The position numbers were made by a program, and so were the translations under genes. The notes under the pieces were generated by a model. The model made no database searches and had not been told where the DNA came from. It saw only the letters and a program-made list of their open reading frames with translations. DNA of 64,000 bases, taken from Daphnia carinata. Its lineage: Eukaryota. The DNA is taken from contig NC_081333.1 of assembly GCF_022539665.2 (NCBI RefSeq), positions 3,162,001-3,226,000 on the forward strand. The letters run 5' to 3'. Of this stretch, positions 12,587-24,306 are shown in pieces (position 1 is the stretch's first letter; every line of letters begins with the position of its first letter).

Positions 12587-14468
12587 ATGAAACTGTATTT
12601 TATTTTTTTAATGCTCCTGATTGCGACAGAGGAGATCCACAGTTCTCGTTATCGTCGTAATGTTGATCCACTTGCCTACAAGAATTACTTGGCGAAAGCC
12701 AACGCTATTTTGGAACGAGTTCCGCTAATCGACGGGTAACTAGCTAAACTAAATTAACAATTTCTGTTTTATTTTGAACATTCATTTTGTGTAGGCACAA
12801 TGATTTGCCATGGACATTGCGTAATTATGCCAAGAATCAAGTTGGAATGTTGAATATTACCGACTTGACCAACGTTGAACCATGGGCCAGCTCTTCTTCA
12901 TCGCATACCGACATAATTAGATTGCGTCAGGGCAAAGTCGGAGCCCAGGTAAATAGTTTTGGCTCGTTCTGTTTGAACCCTTCAAAACAAGAAGATTTGT
13001 TTAGCTTTTTTAAAAAATTTACTTGTAATAGTTTTGGGCGGCGTACGTAGGTTGCACAACCCAATACAAAGATGCTGTTACCAGAACATGGGAACAAATC
13101 GACGTCGTCCATCGATTCGTGGACGCTAATCCGAACACTTTCGAGTTCGTCACTTCAGCTCAAGGTATCCGCCATTGACAACATAAATAGTTGTTGAAAA
13201 TGATTGTAATAAGCACATTTTGATTTGCAGGAATCGAAGATGCTTTCCGTCGGGGCAAAATCGCAAGTTTAATTGGAGTCGAAGGTGGCCATTCCATCGA
13301 CAGTTCGTTATCTGTTTTGAGGATGATGTATGACATGGGTGTCCGCTACATGACACTAACGCACGCATGTCCCACTCCATGGTACTTTTTGAATTACAAA
13401 TAACATTGAATTATTTTGAAATCATTATTAATTCTTTTTCCTGGTGTAGGGCAGATAATTCGCAGCTGGACAATGCCGGGGGTGTGCCCGTTAGCAACGG
13501 TCTTTCCGCGTTTGGCAAGGTACCTCAAAAGTTCTCGCGAAATGGTTGATAGTCAACCTTGAATATTTTTTAATTGCAGATTGTGGTGAAGGAAATGAAT
13601 CGATTGGGAATGCTACTTGACTTGTCGCACATTTCGCGGAAAACTATGAAAGACGCGTTAGAAACGAGCGCAGCTCCCGTGATTTTCTCTCATTCGTCAG
13701 CTTATTCCGTGTGCAACAACACGCGGAACGTTCCCGACGACATTTTGAGACTGGTGGCTCAAAAGAAAGGTGTCGTCATGGTCAATTTTTACTCTGACTT
13801 TGTCACCTGTGGCATTTCAAAAGCGACTATTGAAGATGTGGCAAGTAAGAACGCTTTATTTAAAAAAAAATATTGAAAACGTGACCAGAACTCAAATGTT
13901 TCATTCCATGCAACGCAGATCATATGGACCACATCCGAAACGTTGCCGGGGCGGATTATATCGGAATCGGGGCCGATTATAATGGCGTAACTAGGTAACT
14001 AGCATACCAAACTATTTTTTAAAATATTGATTTAAACCTCAATTTAAGGGTGCCAGAAGGATTGGAAGACGTTTCGAAATACCCAGACTTGTTCGCCTTG
14101 TTACTCTCTCGTGGCTGGACGGAAACTGAATTAGAAAAAGTGGCCGGGCTTAATTTACTGCGCGTCTTCAAAGAGGCCGAAGCGGTTGATTTTCTTTTTG
14201 TATAAAAATAATTCTGGTTTACATTTTAAGTTTTGACGGTGTGTAGGTCCGTAATCAAATGGCTGCCAATGGAGTGAAACCTTTTGATGATTGGATCCCT
14301 CAAATGGATATGCCAGCAGAATCACAGCCGTGTAACACTGGTGACTATGGCAACAAAACCAATCCAATTGTCGGTAACGCAGCCTTACGCATTGAACTTT
14401 CTTCAATTTCTTTTTTCATTTTGATCCTTTATTATGCCATTCCATGGTTCTCTTTGTCACCAAAGTGA
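12587..14468 (+). CDS. Membrane dipeptidase (M19), copy B; signal peptide and hydrophobic C-terminal GPI-type signal
   Basis: ATG 12587 ([24 protein letters not shown]); same nine-exon layout as copy A; motifs DGHND, VEGGH, THAC, DLSHIS, FSHS, TRNVPDD, GADYNG; last exon 14247-14468 ends [50 protein letters not shown] near 14571. Confidence 0.93.
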
Positions 14469-14929
14469 AGCCGAAAGCGATGCTAGATTCGCTCGTCTTA
14501 GAATGTCGTTGTCCAATTAGATTAAGAAATTCAAGAATTTTGATTAGCACGTTTTCATTGATTTAATTTCAATAAAATTTTGCCTGTGACGTAATATTCG
14601 GTTAACATTAATTCTTGATTGAAATTTGGCTTAGCTTTGGACACAGTGGTACGCTGAATTTCAGTTTGTATATTCATTTCACACAACAAGCGATAACTGC
14701 GTATGGTGTACTGAGAACTTCCAAAGATTGCGATGGTTAATGTTGCGCAGTTGGATACAATTACGCAATAATTCCTGAAGGGTTCAGATTGACTTCCCTC
14801 GCTTTCGTTCGCTATCGACTAGTTCAAAGACTGATCCCTTGACAAGACGCTCCAGAATAGCAGCTCCAAAAGAAAATCCCAAACTGAATCGTGCTGCTCA
14901 AATAATCCTACCTCATTGATGAAAAGAAA

Positions 14930-16527
14930 ATGCAATCGGAAGCTCTTGTTATTGTTATGGCTTTCGCTACTGTAACCGCCACTGGTCTCAAACATGACGG
15001 TAAGTTCTCTTTCAATTTCAAGCATTCTGAACTGAACGATTACGCTGAACGTATGTCCGTTTAACTACGACCTTTTGCACAACAGATCTCATCGTTGCCG
15101 TTGGTGATACACTCGAATTCCTAACTGATGGAAGTATGTATCGAACACTGCCATTAGATTCTTATAATGCTTCAAAATTGTCTGCTCTCGCATATGATGC
15201 CTCGACGAGGAAACTCTTTTTCTCCGACCGACATCACCTTTACGGTCACATCTTCAGCGTTACTCTTGGCAATGAATCGCATCCTGTTCAGGACATTGTC
15301 GAAAGTAATTCACCCCCCTCTAGAAGTACAGATGAATTTCAATACTAATTGTCTTTATGCAGGAAATACAAATGAAACTGTCGAAAGTTTGGCGTACGAT
15401 CCTGTCAGGAAAATGTTGTTGTGGACAGATTGGTTCAATCGATCCATTCGACAAGTTCAGCTCGCTAAAGACCATATCCACGTCGAAGAGAAGGATGGCA
15501 TTGAAATTGTTCACTTTTTAGAAGACGATGCGAAACCTCGTGGACTTGTGTTCGATCCTTGTATGAGGTAATCGGTAATAGGCTCATTATAATAATGAAA
15601 GCCGATTGTAATTGCCTTTTTTTCCAGGATGTTGTACTGGACCAACGTGTACAAGTCACGTCCAACTATTGAACGATCGTTTCACGATGGAAGCCAACGA
15701 GAAATCCTTATTCAAACGGATTTGTTTGTACCGAACGCGTTGGATCTTGACGTTTTGGAGCAGAGGCTGTACTGGGCTGACAATCTTCGTCAAGACGATT
15801 ATCGAACGTTCAGCATCGAAAGAAGCTTCGTCAATGGAACAGGCAGACAGAAAATATATAGTGGTATCAGCCAATTCGTCGTCAGTCTCACGGTGTGTAA
15901 TTTTTTCTTTAATTTGCATTGATTTTGTATTAATTGTCCATTCAATCGAAGGTGGGCGGTGATTACGTGTACTGGACAGATTACAATTACAAAAAACTGT
16001 GGTATGTACGAAAGGATGGATCATCCAAGAATTCCATGATGCTTCGAACATATTCACGTAATCCAGCTATGGGTGTCGTTGTCTATCGTCACGAGCCTTT
16101 GAACTGTGATTTGCTCACTACGCCGGAAAATGATTTTGAAGACGCAGTCGATATTAAAACCAAGAAAATGTATATCGTTCTCTTAAACCTCATCTGCCTT
16201 GTTATAGTGGCCATGGTGGTTACTTTAACCTTTCGATTTTGGAAAGTTACCGGCTGTAAGCAAACCTTGGTATCTACCAACAGCAAAAAGTTGTTCGCGT
16301 TCCAGAATTTCGAGAACTGCTCGAGCTCCATCACGATGTCCGAAAGGGTAATGTTTGATCTTCGCAAAATTACGTAAATATACGATGTTTTGATTGGAAC
16401 ATTTGCGCAGGCGTCAACACAAACGGAGCCCGTCAGTCCACCGTCGGCGGAATCTACGGGCGTGAACGTTTTACTCACGAACGAACGCCACAGCAACACT
16501 ACCGCCTTATTTAAATACGAAATTTAA
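14930..16527 (+). CDS. Cueball-like YWTD beta-propeller type I membrane protein, copy 4
   Basis: Exons 14930-14999 (signal MQSEALVIVMAFATVTATG), 15086-15304, 15363-15567, 15628-15892, 15952-16347, 16411-16527. Blades FFSD, LWTD, YWTN, YWAD, YWTD; TM YIVLLNLICLVIVAMVVTLTF; terminal exon ASTQTEP...TALFKYEI. Confidence 0.85.
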
Positions 16528-17439
16528 AAATGGGCTATTCCATTTAAATTTAATATTCGTTGAATGAAAACGAACCGAGTGTAATTTAGGAAAATCACGC
16601 GTCTCATCTCATACGTATTTGTTTTTGTGTTTTGTGCAAACAATTCGAGGTGTAAATCTAATAATGGAATCAGTCTAATCTTTTATGTTTTTTTTTTCTT
16701 GGTTACATGTTTTAGAGCCCTGCACGTTGTGTCATCTAACATGCCAGACATTAGGATATTAAGTATAGTTTACTTCGAGACGTTTTGAATTTAAAATTGT
16801 GTCAGGGTTCCGGCCAAACCGTGTACATAACATATCAAATTTCAATCACAACGTTTGCATTTTATACAACGGTTTAATCTTTCAGTTTGTTGGCGATAAC
16901 CATTTGTGCTTAATGTTTATTTACACAGAGTACTGTACAATTTCACATGTTTGGGCAGTACGCAGTTAAGTGAAATTTATATAACCATCTATCAAATTGC
17001 CTCCGTTGCTTTATAATTCGATCAAGGACAAACGGTTCAAACGGACGATCTGCTCTTTGCGGAAGTCAATGGTCGTCGAGTCAGTATCCACATGAAAGAG
17101 GAGTCGAGCGAGTCTAATCAATAAGATCACAACGTAATTAGCTCTCGTCTCCTTTTGCAATAACGATACAGATATTTTGAATTTATCTTTCGAAATTTGG
17201 ACATTCAATTGAAAGCTCTTTTCGTCTCTTCGCAATTGTTTTTAATGTTTGCGAACATTTAAAATTAACTCATAGTATCAAGATGACCACAATTTAACGA
17301 AAATGTAGTTCTTGTTACGTCACAAGATTTTAATATGATACTACTCCTATGATATGCTGTGAAGATGCCTTTTTTTTTAAACGGATTGGGTACACAGTCT
17401 TGTTTGGTACACTATCGAATTTCACCTACACATGCACAT

Positions 17440-17835
17440 CGTATCATGCGCCATCATCTCGAATTTCAACGGAAATACGTATCAGAAAATTGATGTTGCA
17501 TCAAAGCTCTTGCGTTGCGAATTCTTTTCTCTTAACACGCTCTTCATTTTCATTCGGATTTTCGACGTCAATCGACATTTTTCTTCCCACGCAAAATGTG
17601 GTTGTGTTCAACTTTAGTTTTTTTTTACATAGGAAGCAATAACAAAAATGTCGATAGAATGGCCTATACGACCCTTGCGAGTCCAATGCTGGTCTGGGGG
17701 CCGATAGATCGATCCATCCCGACGGCTTTAAATCGATCACGACTGGCAGTCGAAGAGAACATAGTCGTTGAGATTGGGCACTTCTTGGAAGAACCCAATC
17801 AAACTGCATGCTTTGGTGATTGATCCATGGGAAAA
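17440..17835 (+). pseudogene. Decayed fifth cueball-like copy (remnants of exons 2 and 3)
   Basis: After the acceptor TTTTACATAG at ~17631 the sequence follows exon 3 of the intact copies (GSNNKNVDRMAY, GATCGATCCAT = DRSI, ATCGATCACGAC = IDHD, VEENIVVEIGHFLEE, TTGGTGATTGATCC = LVIDP) but only with frameshifts. CTCGAATTTC..CGGAA..CGTA at ~17458-17482 resembles exon 2. No YWTN or TM exons follow. Confidence 0.7.
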
Positions 17836-19097
17836 GGCTTCCTCTGACCTCTGATAAAAACTTGATTGGTTTATCAGTTTCTCATTTCTTTAAAGAAAAT
17901 TTTATTTGTACTAAGCGTTTCAAACATCCATGGAAAAATTTGTACGGAATTATCTTTTATTCTCATCAGCGTATTGGGTCAAAGGTAAAATGACTTTAGT
18001 AAACCTTCACCAGGTGATCGCCCAGCCTCCTGCTGGGGCGTATATTTCTCGACCTTGCTGACGTTAAATGTTAGGGTAATGGAGCGGAAAATTTCGAGGA
18101 AAGAAAGGGCGTTTTTTTTTTTTTTTTTCAAAAAGCATTTTGCCCTAATTGCCTCAGGAACGAATGAATCGTTCTCCACCTTTTCAGTTTACTCCGGTGT
18201 CCGCTGAAACACAGTCGCATATTTTCAAAGTCAAGTAGGGGTTGAGTGAACTTGAATTTCCTTTAGTTTTGCTGTGCGCGTAAGTCTCTGGCATTTAATA
18301 GTAAGTTGGCTAAGGCTAATTCATTAGTATTTCGTTTTCTCCCGGTGGCACACCACAATTAGTTTATTGCGCATCTGGGTTAAATCAATTAATAGATGAA
18401 GAGATTACGTGTACCGTTTCATACGCTGACTGCAATCTTCGCCTGTTGTTTGCTTACGGGAAACTTACAGATAAACAACTCCGTAGCAAGGTCATGGGTG
18501 GGTTTGATCTTTAGGAAAGTGCTGTGCTTTTAATATGTACAGAACGTCTACCACATCGAGCCTTTAGTGAAATATTGTTTTGCGAATATTTTCGATGTGA
18601 ATGTAGAATTTTCCATAAGATCCAGCAAGTCCAACTTGCAAAAGTCTAAGCCAAGTTTGAAATCTTGTTGTGCTTTTGCAACAGGTATATTGCGATTGTT
18701 AAACTATTATATTCAAAGTACAGGGATCCTTGTTGCCAACGGGATAGCCAATCCAGGGGATCCGCCTTTACTGCTATCATTTTGTTTCGTCTGATGTAAT
18801 AGGGACTACGGAATTTTTGAAAGCATCGGTTGAGTTATCAACAAACTGTCTACCGAAGTCCATATACATATTGATGTTTTTATCAGTAGTCTTTGTTTTT
18901 GTCTGTGTTAATATTGTCGCTCTCTGGACTTGAACGAAATCAACAAATGGACAGTAATTTTCGTTAAGTCCAGAATGGACAGTGTGCCGTAATCAGTAAG
19001 CTGAAGCTATATTAGTACCTTGAGTGTACGTGATTGTTAGTTGTAATATTTCAATAGCAACCGCCAAATCCTTTTCCATCAAAAGTAATAACTGAAA

Positions 19098-20851
19098 ATG
19101 AGACTGTGTTTAATTATTATCACAGTTTTGTTGGTAGCTGAGCAGATTCTGAGTTCTCCTTCTCGTCGTTTCAATAAAGTGGCCTTTGAAGAATATTTAG
19201 TTCAAGCAAAAGACGTTTTGGATCGAGTTCCACTTATTGATGGGTAAAGTGATATCAGTAAGAAATCATTTTAAACATTTAAAAATACATTTGTCTGTTT
19301 ACAGGCACAACGATTTCCCTTATAGCCTTCGAAGATATGAAAGTAATCAAGTGGGAGATTTGGACATTTATGACTTGACAATTGTCGAACCATGGGCTAG
19401 TTCCGCCTCATCGCACACGGATATCAATAGACTACGCCAAGGAAAAGTCGGAGCTCAAGTCAGTATTAATAGTATAACTTAAAGAACGACGTAACATAAC
19501 AATTTGGTGTGATTTAAAGTTTTGGTCAGCCTATGTTCCGTGTACTACGCAATACAAGGATGCCATCTCAAAGACGTGGGAGCAGATTGACGTAATCCAT
19601 CGATTAGTGGAGGCAAATCCGACAACATTCGCCTTTGTAACATCAGCACAAGGTTCACTCAATTATCACCTTTTCCCGTAACTTCGTGATACTACCAAAT
19701 GCTTTACAGAAATCGAAGATGCTTTCGCGCAAGGAAAAATCGGGAGCATGGTTGGAGTTGAAGGTGGGCATTCGATGGGCAGCTCTTTGGGCGTTCTCCG
19801 TATGATGTACGACAGGGGTGTACGTTACATGACAATGACGCATTCATGCCCTACCCCGTGGTAATAAAAAAGAACGTTTGATTACGTCAGTTTCACAATA
19901 TTTCAAGTACGAAATGTGTCTGATCTAGGGCGGATAACTCGCAATTGGACGATCCCGGTAACGTTCCTGTTCATGACGGTCTAACTCCGTTCGGCAGGGT
20001 ACCTAAATTTTACGTAAAATAACAGAAATGTATCATGTTCAAGTTATTTTAATTAACAGACTGTGGTAGCGGAAATGAATCGGATCGGAATGCTGATTGA
20101 CTTGTCGCATGTATCGCGCAAAACAATGAGAGATGCGCTGGAAATTAGTACAGCACCTGTCATTTTCTCTCATTCGTCGGCTTACGCATTATGCAACAAC
20201 ACCCGCAATGTTCCCGACGATATTTTGCAGTTGGTGGCTCAAAACGGTGGTGTCGTCATGGTCAATTTCTTTGTCTCTTACATCACCTGTGGTCTGACAG
20301 CAACTGTACAAGACGTTGCAGGTTTGATCATTTTTCTAATTCGTCCAACCTACCTGTAATTGAATTACTTCGGGGCGTTGCAGATCATATCGAACATATT
20401 AGGAATATCGCGGGGGTTGACAACGTCGGCGTCGGATCGGACTTTAATGGCGTCGCAAGGTAAGTGACTTCCACAGACAGATGCGCCACAACTTTGCAGA
20501 CATAAGTTGATATCAATAGGACACCCGAAGGATTGAAAGACGTGTCTGAATATCCCAACTTGTTTGTCGAGCTACTTGCCCGCGGATGGACGGAAACTGA
20601 TTTAGAAAAAGTTGCTGGACTTAACTTGCTGAGAGCACTCAGAGGCGCCGAATCGGTGAGGATAGTTTGCCTCTCAAAATAGATTTCTTTTACTCGGCTG
20701 TTGATTGTGACGCTTGTTTCAGGTACGGGATCAAATGGCAGCCGATGGAGTAAAACCTTTTGACGAGTGGATTCCGCAGACGGATTTACCGGCCGAGGCT
20801 CAGCCGTGCAACACCGGCGAGTACAAATCCCAAAAACTATTAACCGAATGA
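19098..20851 (+). CDS. Membrane dipeptidase (M19), copy C; signal peptide, no GPI signal
   Basis: ATG 19098 ([24 protein letters not shown]); nine exons colinear with copies A and B; motifs DGHND, VEGGH, THSC, DLSHVS, FSHS, TRNVPDD, GSDFNG; last exon 20723-20851 ends [15 protein letters not shown]. Confidence 0.93.
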
Positions 20852-21412
20852 ATTTTAAGTTTAACTAGAACACTATGAGGTTGTCTTATCCCCTGAATAG
20901 CTAACGAATTACATTTGATAGTCGCTGAAAAAAATGTGAAGCTTGACTGCAACTATTTGCAAGCGCAGAAATGGTTGCCAACTTATCTTGCATACGAGCA
21001 ATATTACAAGTAGGCAAAAGATGCAGTGATGAATAGATAAGAACAAACCAAAAATTGGTTTTAGTTCTTTTGTTGCTAGGCCAGTTTTTGTGCATAACTC
21101 GGTATGCAAGAATTGCTAATCGATACGACAAGAGGGGCTGCCTAGTTTTTACCCACATCTTCAGCACGTTCAGAAAGTCATGGCAATCTATCAATGGAGC
21201 CTTAACAAAAGCGTGTAACTTTGCTTTCTATGGTTTTGCATAGGTTAAGACTTTTTTATCGTACAAATCAGCTCCGTCTTTTATGGAGCAACAACAAGCA
21301 CTCCATCAGAAGACACGATGTTGTACGAAAGAAACTGCTAGACCGGTATTTAATTCTTGATTGAAAATGCTGACAATAGATTTTAACTTGTACATTTTCG
21401 AAACAAAAGATA

Positions 21413-22032
21413 TTAGCCAGCAACCATTCGGACAAGTGGAAGAATCAACGGTGTAAATAATGACGACAATGTTGCAAGTCCATTTAATTTCTTGTCACTG
21501 CCGTCGGTTGGACTTGGCATCGATCTGCAATATAGATTAATTCTATTAGTTTATAGTTATTTTTTTTTAAATATTGTATGCAATAATAGTCGTGTGAGAA
21601 ATGGTAAGTTTGCAGCAATTCACTACATTGGCTAATCTATTCTTACTTCGTTACCAATATATCCGCGATACGAGCGAGACCAGCCGGCCTTTCGGACGCA
21701 GCTGCTGATGGATCACTCAAACAAGGAGCTTTGTCGTCACATTTTTTAGTTGCAGGATTAAAACCTTTTCCTGATGGACAAAACATGTCGGAAGTCATGC
21801 CATCCTCGCACAGCCAGAAACGGTCGCACCGGCCATCAGGATCTTCAAGATCTATTTTCGGACTGCCAAACGGACAATCAGGATCTTTGGTACACAAACA
21901 CGCTTTTGATAAAAGAAAATGAGAAATTCAAATTTCGTGGAGTATATAATTCTACGTGCAAATATTTCAATTACCTGAAAACGAAAGAACGACCAACAGG
22001 CAGAAAAGGTAACAATATACTGGACTCGACAT
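21413..22032 (-). CDS. Small protein with a single chitin-binding peritrophin-A (CBM14/ChtBD2) domain, probably GPI-anchored
   Basis: Exons 22032-21975 (signal MSSPVYCYLFCLLVVLSFS), 21902-21647 (six-Cys domain CPFG..CDRFWLC..FCPSGKGFNPATKKCDDKAPC) and 21524-21413 (SMPSPTDGSDKKLNGLATLSSLFTPLILPLVRMVAG*); intron phases are consistent. Confidence 0.82.
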
Positions 22033-24269
22033 CTTCTCTTTCAGTTGTATTTCTCGTAATGAAGAGAACCTACACCCAACACTCATTTTTATAAGTTACT
22101 GCTAGCTCTGACCTCGTCTTGTCCTTGTACTCTGTTATCTTCAAGAGAAAGACACCAGTTAGGTAATTATCCATCTTCCATAATGAATGATGTCTAATGA
22201 CCTGATGTGATTGCAAACACTTGAATAATATTTGCAGGCCTGTTTAATGAATTCCGCGATCTCTTGAATCAAGGTTCTGAGAAACATCGGTGTAATTGCT
22301 TTATCGAAGAGCAGCGCTGAGTATAAGGAGTCACTGGACGACTGGTAGTAAAGGAAAAAGGTTAGTTTGAAGAACAACAGGATTGTGAAGTTATTATTCC
22401 TCTTGTATCTAATCCATTCAATAGATGTGGTTCAACTGCGTGCCAAACATAACAAGTGTACAACTGGAACACGGAAAGTTCCACGATGGGGAGGTCATTC
22501 CGAACGTCCCTTACACAATAATGAAGACTTCGATTTTCGCTAGCAACGCCAGAATGCTGAACTGCTAATCTAAAAAAAAAACCAGGAGGACTCGTGAGAT
22601 CATTTTCAACAATCTGCTCAAGTTCTACACATTCTCCTAAGGTGATGCTCTGCTCATTGAATTTTTCTCGGGACTCTCTCAACCCCACGGGTAGACTTAT
22701 TCCCAGATCTCATTGTTAAAAAGTAGGCTAATAAGTCGTCTTTTTTTCTGCCATGTCTGACAGTTCTTGAAAGATGAACAGATTCAAAGAAACTCCTTGG
22801 CATTATTTGGCTCGTCTTGCACGGGCAAATTCTTTGTTCGTTTTTGTAGCTTCTAACTAACAAAAGAGTAATAATGCAGTTGTTTAAGCTGTAGAAACGG
22901 ACTGGTGGACAATGCGTTCTTGCGCGTAGACACAAGTTCATCTGCTTAGGGTCTTCTGTTAGATAAGAGATGCTATCAGCCAAATGCGATTTATTTGCTC
23001 GTAAAAGATTAGTTGACCCTGGAGTGTTGCACAATATTTACGGTTAGCTTATCTTGAGCTGACTAAAAGTAGCACAAGGCCAAAATAATAAATTTCGTTC
23101 GCTAACTCATTCTGTGCATAATTAACCTTTTTTCATTGTTAGGACCCATTGGAACCGATTGGCAAAATACGAGTACATCCGCTGTAGCATTTCGTCGCAA
23201 GACAGGTGATTCTTTCCTCTTCATCATCTACTTACAGTCACGTATGGTTATAGTTTCTATCGTGCCAAATGTTGCTAACCTCTAGCAAAGTGATGACCAA
23301 TGACGGCTAAAGGTTGTGTTGGCAAACTCAAAAAAGAATCAATCTATCTGTCAGGTTCACGCGATTGGCCATGTTCACGGCGGATCGAGGTCTCGCCCAC
23401 AACCCAAGAAGGTCGTCAGGATCACCAACAGACGCCAAGATCTCCTCTACACAATATATAATTGTGAATGATTGCATTCTCTATAGCTCACGAGGTTTCT
23501 GCCAAAAAAAGAAAACATGCAGCCAAAGAAATCCCATTCAAACCGTACCTTCCCCAATATTTTCGGATGACGTATGACAGTAAACCAATAACGACTTGGC
23601 GACCCACATCCAATCATGTCAAAACACGAGGAAAGACGGCCATGGAGCCGTAACGAGGTGAGATTGCGTCACGACCCTCTTATAAGTACTTACTTCCAAT
23701 CTATTTGACGTGTACGTCAAATGCAAAGCATTGGCCTTTTCTTTAGAGGATTTTCTTTCGAAAAAGGTGGGAGGCATCCAACGAGAGGCAACTTCAGTAT
23801 GCGGTGACGTCATTGCTTTTGTTAAGTCGCTTGGAGTAAAAAGATGAATAACAAAAGAGAGCTAGGCGGATGATGCACTTGCAATTGGCATTTGTATTGA
23901 TATTATTCCCTAAACACGAGACTGGGACAATTACATGTCATATTCATTTTATGGAAGTTTGGCTGCAAATTGGAAAAAAAAAGAAAATGGGGTGCAGGCG
24001 CTATTTGGCTTCACTTGTCGCCCGTTGGTGGAGGCTTCTTGTACTGCTCCATGAGGGACTGGATCTTTTCCCACACGACTTTTGGCTCGTCCACTCTCGG
24101 AATCTGCATAATAAAACAAGGGCCACACCAAGAAAAGAAAACAAATTCGATAATCATAAAGGATCCAAACAAATGGCTTTTCCCAACCGCCGTTTGCAAG
24201 CAATTGGGCAACGGTTCAAACAAACGCGCTGAAATCATTTTTGGAAATATGATTAAGGTAACCATCTAA

Positions 24270-24306
<37 letters not shown>

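Noticed and set aside
22159..23034. Chain of minus-strand ORF fragments with protein-like composition (possible decayed transposase)
   Set aside because: No catalytic motif, TIR or TSD that I can identify; a BLASTx or Dfam search is needed before any call.
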